Positions 6,285 through 14,170 of a stretch of 26,610 bases of DNA are shown in pieces. Location of the stretch: positions 1 through 26,610 of the forward strand of contig JBGANF010000112.1 of the NCBI GenBank assembly GCA_044222475.1. The letters are read 5' to 3'. Each line of letters opens with the position of its first letter. Position 1 is the first letter of the stretch. Position numbers and translations under genes: made by a program. This DNA is from Polyangiaceae bacterium. GTDB taxonomy: Bacteria > Myxococcota_A > Polyangia > Polyangiales > Polyangiaceae. The notes beneath the pieces were generated by a model that made no database searches, had not been told where the DNA came from, and saw nothing but the letters and a program-made list of their open reading frames with translations.

Positions 6285-9140
6285 GTGAGCGTCCACCCGT
6301 ATTCCGAGTTCATCCACCGCGTGCAGAAGCCGGCGCGGTACCTCGGCGGCGAGTTCGGCCAGAAGCCGAAGCCGTGGGCTTCGGTGCGGGCGCGCGTCTG
6401 CCTCGCATTTCCCGACATCTACGACATCGGGATGAGCCACCTCGGCTTCAAGATCCTCTACAAGATCTTGAACGACGCGCCGGACACGCTCGCCGAGCGC
6501 GCGTACGCGCCTTGGATCGACATGGAGGCCGAGCTCCGCACGCGGGGGCTGCCGCTGCTCACGCTCGAGAGCGCGCGGCCGCTGTCCGACTTCGACGTCG
6601 TCGGGTTCTCGCTCCAGTTCGAGCTCACCTACACGAACGTCCTCACGATGCTCGACCTCGGGCGCGTGCCGCGGCGTTCCGTCGATCGCAGCGACTCGGA
6701 TCCGCTGGTCATCGCCGGCGGACCGACCGCGACCCACCCCGAGCCGCTGTCCGCGTTCGTCGACGCGTTCGTCATCGGCGACGGTGAGGACGTCTCGCGG
6801 ACCCTCGCGCTCACTTGGGTGGAGCTCCGCGAGAAGGGCGTCCCCCGCAAGGAGCGCCTCGCGGCGATCGCGAAGCTCCGCGGCGTCTACGTGCCCTCGG
6901 CCTACGCGACCACGATCGACCCCGAGACGGGCTTCGTCGTCGTCGACCGGCCTCTCGTTCCCGGCGCGCCCCTGCCCGTCCCGCGCAACCTCGTCCCCGA
7001 TCTCAACGCGTATCCATTCCCGGACGACGGCCCGGTCGGCGGACCCGAGGCGATCTTCGATCGCATGTCGATCGAGATCGCTCGCGGCTGCACCGAGGGC
7101 TGCCGCTTCTGTCAGGCGGGGATGATCTATCGTCCCGTCCGCGAGCGCGATCCGGAGCAAGTCGTCGAGACGATCGTCTCCGCGGTGAAGAAGAGCGGCT
7201 ACGACGAGGCGAGCCTGACGTCGCTGTCCACCGCGGACTACTCGTGCATCGCGCCGCTCATCAAAAAGGTCGCCGACCGACTCGCACCGGAGCGCGTCAG
7301 CCTCGGCGTGAGCTCGCTACGGGCGTACGGCCTCGAGGAGCCCGTCCTCGACGACATCGCCCGCGTCCGCGCGAGCGGCATCACGTTCGCGCCCGAGGCG
7401 GGCAGCCAGCGGATGCGCGACGTCGTGAACAAGAACGTCACCGAAGAGCAGCTCATGACGACCGCGGAGAGGATCTTCTCCCGCAACTGGTCGTCGATGA
7501 AGCTCTACTTCATGATCGGGCTCCCCACCGAAGAGGAGTCGGACGTCCGCGAGATCGTCAAGGTCGGCGGGCGCGCGCGCGAGGTCGGAAAGCGCGTCAA
7601 GAAGGAGCGCAAGGCCCCGCCGCCCACGGTCACCGTCAGCGTGTCGACGCACGTCCCCAAGCCGCACACGCCGTTTCAGTGGTGCGCGATGGACGACGCG
7701 ACGACCGTGCGCGAAAAGCAGCGCTGGCTGGTCGAAGAGCAGCGGCAGCACACCGGCGTGGACCTGCGCATGCACGACTCGGAGGGCTCTTGGCTCGAAG
7801 GCGTGTTCGCCCGCGGCGATCGGTCGCTGTGCGACGTGCTCGAGTCGGCGTACCTGAGCGGCGCGCGCTTCGACTCCTGGGAAGACCAGCTGCGACTCCC
7901 CTTGTGGGAGGCGGCGTTCGCGAAGCACGGCGTGGAGCCGGCCCGCTTCCTCGGCACGATCCCGGTGACCGCGCGCCTCCCGTGGAGCCACATCGACGTC
8001 GGGCTCGAAGATGGTTTTCTCCTCGCCGAGTACCGCAAGGCGCTCAAGAACAGACTCTCGCCGCCCTGTGGCAAGGCCGCCGGGATGTTCATCCACCACA
8101 CGAACCTCGCCGACGCCGAGGCCGACCCGCGCAGGCTCGTCTGCTACGACTGCGGCGTCGCGTGCGATCTCGGCGCGATGCGAGACGAGCGACTCGTCTA
8201 CCTGCGAAAGCTCGGGGCCGACGCGCCTCGTCCCAAAATGGTACCCGTGGTCGACCCGTCGGCACCGGCGCCCGGGCCGGCGAAGAAGCGGGGGCCGCCG
8301 CCGAGGATCGTCCAGGGTGACGCACGGCGCTATCGCTTCGCGTACACGAAGGTCGGACCGAGCGCGCTGCTCTCCCACCTCGACTTGATCCGCGCGCTCC
8401 CGCGGTCGTTCCGCCGCGTCGATCTGACGCTCTACTACTCGTCCGGCTTCCACCCGAAGCCGGAGATGACGTTCGGCCCCGCGCTCTCGCTCGGCGTCGC
8501 GAGCACCTTCGAGGTGGTCGATCTCAAGCTCACCGTCGACGTCGATCCGGCGGGCCATCTCGCCGCGCTCTCCCAGGCGTCGCCGGTCGGGCTCTCGTTC
8601 TTCGCCGGAGTGACGCTCGGCCCCGAAGACCGCGCCATCTCCCGGGTAATCGACGTCGTTCGCTACGCCGTCGCGATCCCGACGAAAGTCGCGAGCGCCG
8701 CCTTCGTCGACGAGCGGGTCGCGCGCTTCCGCGAGCGAGAGACGGCGCGTGCCCTGCGTCGCATCGATGGCGTCGGCAAGTGGGTCGACGTGAAGCGCTA
8801 CGTCCGCAGCCTCCGGGTCGGTCACCCCGACGACGTCGCAGCCCTCGAGGCCGCCGGCTACGTCGGGGACTTCACGATCCTCGGCGCGGAGATCCTGTCG
8901 ACGAACTCGGGCTCGGCGAAGATCGCCGAGCTCATCGAGGTCCTGGCCCGCCCCGACGCCACACCGGACGACGCCCCGACCGACGCCGCGTTCGCGTACC
9001 AAGCCGTTCGCACGATGATGGGCCACGCGACCGATGACGGAGCCATCCTCTCGCCGTTCGCACTGGAAGCGCTGAGGGTGCGCAAAGCACCGACTCCGGC
9101 ACCAAGCGCCGAGCCGACCACACCGGCGCTCGCGGAATGA
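6285..9140 (+). CDS. TIGR03960-type B12-binding radical SAM protein fused to a TIGR03936/DUF2344 domain
   Basis: N-terminal VQKPARYLGGE and FPDIYDIGMSHLG; RGCTEGCRFCQAG (CxxxCxxC); TFAPEAGSQRMR; KLYFMIGLPTE; VPKPHTPFQW; CYDCGVAC; C-domain SHLDLIRAL...YSSGFHPKPEMTFGPALSLG. Confidence 0.92.
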   Translation: MSVHPYSEFIHRVQKPARYLGGEFGQKPKPWASVRARVCLAFPDIYDIGMSHLGFKILYKILNDAPDTLAERAYAPWIDMEAELRTRGLPLLTLESARPLSDFDVVGFSLQFELTYTNVLTMLDLGRVPRRSVDRSDSDPLVIAGGPTATHPEPLSAFVDAFVIGDGEDVSRTLALTWVELREKGVPRKERLAAIAKLRGVYVPSAYATTIDPETGFVVVDRPLVPGAPLPVPRNLVPDLNAYPFPDDGPVGGPEAIFDRMSIEIARGCTEGCRFCQAGMIYRPVRERDPEQVVETIVSAVKKSGYDEASLTSLSTADYSCIAPLIKKVADRLAPERVSLGVSSLRAYGLEEPVLDDIARVRASGITFAPEAGSQRMRDVVNKNVTEEQLMTTAERIFSRNWSSMKLYFMIGLPTEEESDVREIVKVGGRAREVGKRVKKERKAPPPTVTVSVSTHVPKPHTPFQWCAMDDATTVREKQRWLVEEQRQHTGVDLRMHDSEGSWLEGVFARGDRSLCDVLESAYLSGARFDSWEDQLRLPLWEAAFAKHGVEPARFLGTIPVTARLPWSHIDVGLEDGFLLAEYRKALKNRLSPPCGKAAGMFIHHTNLADAEADPRRLVCYDCGVACDLGAMRDERLVYLRKLGADAPRPKMVPVVDPSAPAPGPAKKRGPPPRIVQGDARRYRFAYTKVGPSALLSHLDLIRALPRSFRRVDLTLYYSSGFHPKPEMTFGPALSLGVASTFEVVDLKLTVDVDPAGHLAALSQASPVGLSFFAGVTLGPEDRAISRVIDVVRYAVAIPTKVASAAFVDERVARFRERETARALRRIDGVGKWVDVKRYVRSLRVGHPDDVAALEAAGYVGDFTILGAEILSTNSGSAKIAELIEVLARPDATPDDAPTDAAFAYQAVRTMMGHATDDGAILSPFALEALRVRKAPTPAPSAEPTTPALAE

Positions 9141-9187
9141 TGCGAGGCGGATTGCCTCATTGGACGGCCCTCGTGGTACGAACTTGC

Positions 9188-9535
9188 ATGATCAAGCGCT
9201 TGCTTTCTCTGTGTGCCGGAATCGGGCTGTTGACGGCCATTGCATGCTCGGGCGGAACGGCCGCTGGCGGTTCGTGCGACAAGAGCTCCGACTGCGCCGG
9301 CGACGTCTGCATGAAGTCCGCCGACTTCCCGGCGGGGTACTGTACGCAGGCCTGCAACCTCAACGACCCGTCGACCTGCCCTTCGGGGAGCGTCTGCATC
9401 GACGACGCGAGCGGTACGCCCGCCGGGTCGGGCATCAAGTCGGTCTGCTACCAGGCCTGCAACAAGATCGGCGACGACTGCGGAAACGGCTACACCTGCC
9501 GCGAGAAGGCCGGAAAGCTCGTCTGCAAGAAGTGA
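9188..9535 (+). CDS. Small Cys-rich lipoprotein (115 aa)
   Basis: MIKRLLSLCAGIGLLTAIAC signal/lipobox; 12 further Cys; GYCTQAC...CPSGSVC pattern. Confidence 0.85.
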   Translation: MIKRLLSLCAGIGLLTAIACSGGTAAGGSCDKSSDCAGDVCMKSADFPAGYCTQACNLNDPSTCPSGSVCIDDASGTPAGSGIKSVCYQACNKIGDDCGNGYTCREKAGKLVCKK

Positions 9536-9566
9536 CGCGCTTCGTCTGATACGTTGCGTGCCCAGC

Positions 9567-10364
9567 ATGAGACCCACGCTGCGCGTCGCGACGATCAACA
9601 TCTGGAACCGCATGGGCCCGTGGGACGAGCGCCTCGTGTCGCTCCGCGCCGAGCTGAAGCGCCTCGACGCCGACGTCGTGGGCCTCCAAGAGGTGCTGGT
9701 CATCCCCGAGTACGGGTTCGATCAAGGCGCGCTCCTCGCAGACGGCTTCGCGTATCAGTTCGCCTTCGGACGCCACCCGACGGCCGCCTCGAACCGCATC
9801 GGCAACGGCATCCTGTCGAAGTTCCCCATCACCGAGACCGCGGTCCTCGCCTTGCCTGGAACCGACGAAGAGCGCCTCGTGCTGTTCGCCGCTCTCGACT
9901 CGCCATACGGCCGAATCCCGTTCTTCTCGACCCACTTCAACTGGCGCCTCGACCACGGGCACATTCGCCAGGCGCAGGTCATCGCGGTCGCCGAGTTCGT
10001 CGAGGCGCACGCGCCGCACGACGGCATCCCGCCCATCCTCGTGGGCGACTTCAACGCCGAGCCCGACTCCGACGAGATGCGCTACCTCCGAGGGCTGACG
10101 ACGCTCGGCGGTGGACGCAGCGTGTACTTCGCCGACTGCTTCGGCGTGGCCGGGGATGGCTCCCCGGGCTACACGTTCTCGCGCGACAACGACTTCGCCG
10201 CGCTGCTCCGCGAGCCGAACCGCCGCATCGACTACATCTACACGCGCGGCCCGGACGAGCGGTTCCGCGGAGAGCCCCTCTCCGCGCGAGTCTGCTTCGC
10301 GGAGAAGCACTCTGGCGTGCTTCCCAGCGATCACTTCGGGGTCGTCGCCGAGATCGGGATGTGA
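9567..10364 (+). CDS. Endonuclease/exonuclease/phosphatase (EEP) family protein
   Basis: LRVATINIWN, DVVGLQEV, GNGILSKFP, STHF, ILVGDFNA, RRIDYIY, SDHFGV. Start is ATG 9567 or GTG 9558. Confidence 0.93.
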   Translation: MRPTLRVATINIWNRMGPWDERLVSLRAELKRLDADVVGLQEVLVIPEYGFDQGALLADGFAYQFAFGRHPTAASNRIGNGILSKFPITETAVLALPGTDEERLVLFAALDSPYGRIPFFSTHFNWRLDHGHIRQAQVIAVAEFVEAHAPHDGIPPILVGDFNAEPDSDEMRYLRGLTTLGGGRSVYFADCFGVAGDGSPGYTFSRDNDFAALLREPNRRIDYIYTRGPDERFRGEPLSARVCFAEKHSGVLPSDHFGVVAEIGM

Positions 10365-11149
10365 TCGACTTCGATCCCGCGAGCCTCGGCGTGGGGACCA
10401 TCGCGGCGCTCGCCGGCGCTGCGTTCGTCGCCGGCTTCGTCGACGCCATCGCCGGCGGCGGCGGGCTCGTCACCGTCCCCGCGATCCTGGCGGCCGGACT
10501 CCCGACCCACCTCGCCCTCGGTACCAACAAGGGACAATCGGTCTTCGGTGCGACGGCGTCGGTCGCCTCGTTCGCTCGGCGGGGAACGATCGATCGCGCG
10601 CGCGCCGGCCCCGCTTTCGTCCTCGCTCTCGCGGGGGCGTTCGCCGGCGCAGCCGCGCAGCTCGCGGTCCCGAAAGAGCCTTTGCGCCCGGTCGCGCTCG
10701 CGCTGCTAGTCGCCGCGGCGGCGATCGTCGCGCTGCGGCCTCTCCTCTTGCGAAAGCGCGCCACCGAGCCTCGAGACGTCACGCCGTCGCCGATCACGGC
10801 GGGGCTGATCGCGTTCGGCCTCGGCGTCTACGACGGGTTCTTCGGTCCAGGGACCGGAACGCTGCTGATGATCGCCTACGTCACGTTCCTCGGCGATCCG
10901 ATGACGGCCGCATCGGGCAACGCGAAGGTCGCGAACTTCGCGTCGAACCTCGCGAGCGTGATCCTCTTCGCGTGGCGCGGCACGGTGCTGTGGAAGCTCT
11001 CGCTGCCGATGGCGCTGGGAAACGCGCTCGGCGCCGCGCTCGGGGTTCGGGTGGCGCTCAAGCGCGGTGACGACTTCATCCGCGTCGTCCTTCTCGTCGT
11101 CGTCATCGCGCTCGTGGCGAAGCTCGCCTGGGATATTCTCCGCGGATGA
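10361..11149 (+). CDS. TauE/SafE (TSUP) family membrane transporter, YfcA-like
   Basis: AGFVDAIAGGGGLVTVP, ALGTNK, GVYDGFFGPGTG, AKVANFASN. GTG start overlaps the EEP stop (GTGA). Confidence 0.92.
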   Translation: MIDFDPASLGVGTIAALAGAAFVAGFVDAIAGGGGLVTVPAILAAGLPTHLALGTNKGQSVFGATASVASFARRGTIDRARAGPAFVLALAGAFAGAAAQLAVPKEPLRPVALALLVAAAAIVALRPLLLRKRATEPRDVTPSPITAGLIAFGLGVYDGFFGPGTGTLLMIAYVTFLGDPMTAASGNAKVANFASNLASVILFAWRGTVLWKLSLPMALGNALGAALGVRVALKRGDDFIRVVLLVVVIALVAKLAWDILRG

Positions 11150-11994
11150 TCCAAGGGGCGGTCGTCATCACCGGAGCTTCGTCTGGAATCGGCAAGGCCT
11201 GCGCGCTCGCGCTCGATCGCGAGGGCATGCGCGTCTTCGCCGGAGTGCGAAAGCCGGCCGACGGCGAGGCGCTCGTCGCGGAGTCCACCGGCAACCTCGT
11301 CCCGATCCGGCTCGAGGTCACCGACGCATCCAGCATCTCCGCGGCCCGCGAGAAGGTCTTGCAGGATCTGGGAGGGTCACCCCTCACCGGCGTCGTGAAC
11401 AACGCTGGCATCGTGGCGATCGCACCCCTCGAGCATCAGCCCGTCGACGCGATCCGACGCCTCTTCGAGGTGAACTTCGTCGGCGCCATCGCCACGACGC
11501 AGGCGTTCCTCCCCGAGCTGCGGAAGTCGCGCGGGCGCGTCGTCTTCGTCGGTGCGGCCGCCGGTCGGGTCGCGCTCCCGATGATCGGCGCCTACAGCGC
11601 GAGCAAGTTCGCGATCGAGGGTGCGGCCGACGCACTGCGCATCGAGCTCGCGAGCTCGGGCGTTCGCGTCGCCCTCGTCGAGCCGGGCGCCATCGCCACG
11701 CCCATCCTCCACGCGCAGACCATCCCCGAGATCGCGAAGGGCCTGCTCCCGGGCGCGCTCGAGCACTATGCCGGTGCCCTCGAAGCGATCGTCGCAGCGA
11801 TGGAGAAGACCCAGAAGCGCGCGATCTCGCCGGACGCTGTCGCCAAGGCCGTGCTCCATGCGCTCACCGCGAAGAGCCCCAAGACCCGCTACCCGGTCGG
11901 AGCCGACGCGAAATTCCTGTCCTGGTTCGCGGAGAAGCTGCCCGATGCGATGCGTGATGCGCTCGTCGCTCGCGAGGCCGGCCTTCGTCGCTGA
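11146..11994 (+). CDS. Short-chain dehydrogenase/reductase (SDR)
   Basis: TGASSGIG, VVNNAGI, FEVNFVG, catalytic YSASK, VEPG. ATGA overlap with the TauE stop. Confidence 0.95.
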   Translation: MIQGAVVITGASSGIGKACALALDREGMRVFAGVRKPADGEALVAESTGNLVPIRLEVTDASSISAAREKVLQDLGGSPLTGVVNNAGIVAIAPLEHQPVDAIRRLFEVNFVGAIATTQAFLPELRKSRGRVVFVGAAAGRVALPMIGAYSASKFAIEGAADALRIELASSGVRVALVEPGAIATPILHAQTIPEIAKGLLPGALEHYAGALEAIVAAMEKTQKRAISPDAVAKAVLHALTAKSPKTRYPVGADAKFLSWFAEKLPDAMRDALVAREAGLRR

Positions 11995-12035
11995 GCGCGA
12001 CGCACGAGTCCGAATCGGCTATCGTCGCTCTCCCC

Positions 12036-13334
12036 GTGCGCTCGATCGCCCTCGCCACGCTGTTCATCGCAGTCTGGATCCCCACCATCGCGCGAGCGGA
12101 CGACTCGAAGCCGGCCGAAGCCCCGAAGCCGCTCGACGTGCGGGAGCCACCGTTCGGCTTCGGCGACTTCTCGTGGCTGAACGGCCACAACCGCCAACCG
12201 TCGTCGATCCTCGCCGTCGGTCCGGTCACGCCGTCGGTATACGTCGACGCGTACTACGCGTTTCAGTTTCATCAGCCGGTGGACCACGTCATCTTCGCGT
12301 CCACGGCAGGCGCGCGCCACAACGAGATCTCGGTCAACATGGCGGCGATCGGGCTGGACGTCACCGGGCTCGACGGCCCGATCGGACGCGTGATCCTGCA
12401 GTACGCCTCGAACGTCGAGACGGTCAACGCTCAGGACGCGAGCGTCGGCCGCGGCTACTTCCTCACCGCGCGCGCCTTCCAGTACCTGCAGCAGGCGTCG
12501 GTGGGGTGGCACTTCCACGCGCTCCACGGGATCAACCTCGAGGCCGGGATCCTCCCGTCCCACATTGGGATGGAGACGCTGCTCACGCAGGAGAACTGGA
12601 ACTACTCGCGACCGTTCCTCTCCGACTTCACGCCGTACTACCTCATGGCGGGCCGCATCGAGATCTACCCGACCGATCGCTTGTTCCTCCAGGGCTGGGT
12701 GGCCAACGGGTGGCAGACCTACGGCAAGTGGCACGAGACGATGGCCTTCGGCTACCTCCTCAACTGGCGACCCACCGAGCGCCTCTCGCTCACGACCGCC
12801 GGCTACGCCGGGACCGACGATCGCACGCAGGCGGGCGCAGTTCGGCTCTACACCGACAACTACGCGCAGTGGCGTTTTCAGAAGTCGGCCACCGGCGCGC
12901 TCCGAAGCGGCGCGATTTCGATCGTCGCGGACGGTGGCGGTGAGACGGTCACCGGTGCGGTCGGGCTCGGCGCAGCCATCGCGACGCGGCTCGATTGGGC
13001 GCACGGCTTCGGGACCACGTTCCGGGCCGACACCTACTGGGACGCCAAGCAGACGTTCATCACGCGATTCCCGGTAGGCTCGCCGTACGTCCTCCCCGAC
13101 CAGAACCAACCGTTCTTCGGCGTCGGTCTGACGGCGACGCTCGACTACTCGCCGAGCCCGTGGATCCTGTTCCGTGCAGAGTACATGCATCGAGCGGCGA
13201 CGACGCACTACTTCTCCGGGCCCGGTGGGATCACCGGGCCAGGCGGCGTCCCGGCGACCGACCCGTCGACCTTCACGCCGGACCTCCGGAAGACCGACGA
13301 CCGCGTGATCCTCGCCGCGACGCTGCGCCTGTGA
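12036..13334 (+). CDS. Outer-membrane beta-barrel protein (putative porin, BBP2-like)
   Basis: Signal peptide ending ARA; PFGFGDFSWLNG, VYVDAYYAF, EAGILPSHIGME, ENWNYSR, SDFTPYY, ANGWQ; aromatic alternating strands. Confidence 0.8.
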   Translation: MRSIALATLFIAVWIPTIARADDSKPAEAPKPLDVREPPFGFGDFSWLNGHNRQPSSILAVGPVTPSVYVDAYYAFQFHQPVDHVIFASTAGARHNEISVNMAAIGLDVTGLDGPIGRVILQYASNVETVNAQDASVGRGYFLTARAFQYLQQASVGWHFHALHGINLEAGILPSHIGMETLLTQENWNYSRPFLSDFTPYYLMAGRIEIYPTDRLFLQGWVANGWQTYGKWHETMAFGYLLNWRPTERLSLTTAGYAGTDDRTQAGAVRLYTDNYAQWRFQKSATGALRSGAISIVADGGGETVTGAVGLGAAIATRLDWAHGFGTTFRADTYWDAKQTFITRFPVGSPYVLPDQNQPFFGVGLTATLDYSPSPWILFRAEYMHRAATTHYFSGPGGITGPGGVPATDPSTFTPDLRKTDDRVILAATLRL

Positions 13335-13350
13335 TGATAACTTTGGTCGC

Positions 13351-14166
13351 GTGCCGAGAGCAGACGTCGTCTTCGCGCTGACCTGGCAGCGCAACTCGGA
13401 GCCCATCGGGCCCAAGATGGCTGCGCTCACGCGCTGGCTCGGCCACCGCGTCGGCCGCCCCATGACGCCGCGCTGCGCGCTCTCGTACGAAGAGCTGATC
13501 CCCATGTTCGAGAGCGGCCAGGTCGACGTCGCCTGGGTCCCGCCCATCGTCTACCGCCACCTCGCGCGGACCAAGGTCGCGCGAGCGCTGCTCGTCAACG
13601 AGCGCCGCGGCCAAGCGCGCTTCTCGGCGATGATCGTCGCGAACCGGGAGTCGCCGCACGCCGGGCTCGAGAAGCTCGCGGGGGCTCGTGCCGCCTGGGT
13701 CGATCCGTGGAGCGCTTCGGGCTACGTACTCCCGCGCCTGACCCTGTTCGAGCGCGGGATCGTCGCCAAAGACACCTTCCTCGAAGAGCGCTTCTTCGGC
13801 TCGCACGACGCCGCGCTTCGAGCGGTCGTCTCCGGCCAGTACGACGTGAGCGCGACGTTCGCCTACTTCGAAGGCAACGAGCGCGTTCGCTCCGGCCTCG
13901 ACGGCGTCCCCGGCGCGAGCGAGCTCGTCGAGCTGCACCGCATCGACGACGTCCCGACCGATCTCATCGCGACCCGAATCGATCTCGACGAAGAGCTACG
14001 TGCGAAGCTCGCTGGCGCCTTCGAGGCAGCGCTCGAGGACGACGCCGCCTCGGCACTGCTCCGCGGAACGCTGGGGGTCGAGCGCTTCCGCCGCGGCGAG
14101 CCGTCGGATTCGCTCGCGCCAGCCCTCGATCGCGCGCGCGACGCGGGCCTCTGGACTCACATATAG
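13351..14166 (+). CDS. PhnD-like phosphate/phosphonate-binding protein without a signal peptide
   Basis: SYEEL...GQVDVAWVPP, AAWVDPWSASGYVLPR, FFGSHDAALRAVVSGQYDV. No hydrophobic N-terminus. Confidence 0.85.
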   Translation: MPRADVVFALTWQRNSEPIGPKMAALTRWLGHRVGRPMTPRCALSYEELIPMFESGQVDVAWVPPIVYRHLARTKVARALLVNERRGQARFSAMIVANRESPHAGLEKLAGARAAWVDPWSASGYVLPRLTLFERGIVAKDTFLEERFFGSHDAALRAVVSGQYDVSATFAYFEGNERVRSGLDGVPGASELVELHRIDDVPTDLIATRIDLDEELRAKLAGAFEAALEDDAASALLRGTLGVERFRRGEPSDSLAPALDRARDAGLWTHI

Positions 14167-14170
14167 CGAA

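Noticed and set aside
9173..9187. TGGTACGAACTTGCA before the 9188 lipoprotein as a sigma-54 promoter
   Set aside because: Spacing is GG-N9-GC rather than N10, and it sits too close to the start codon.
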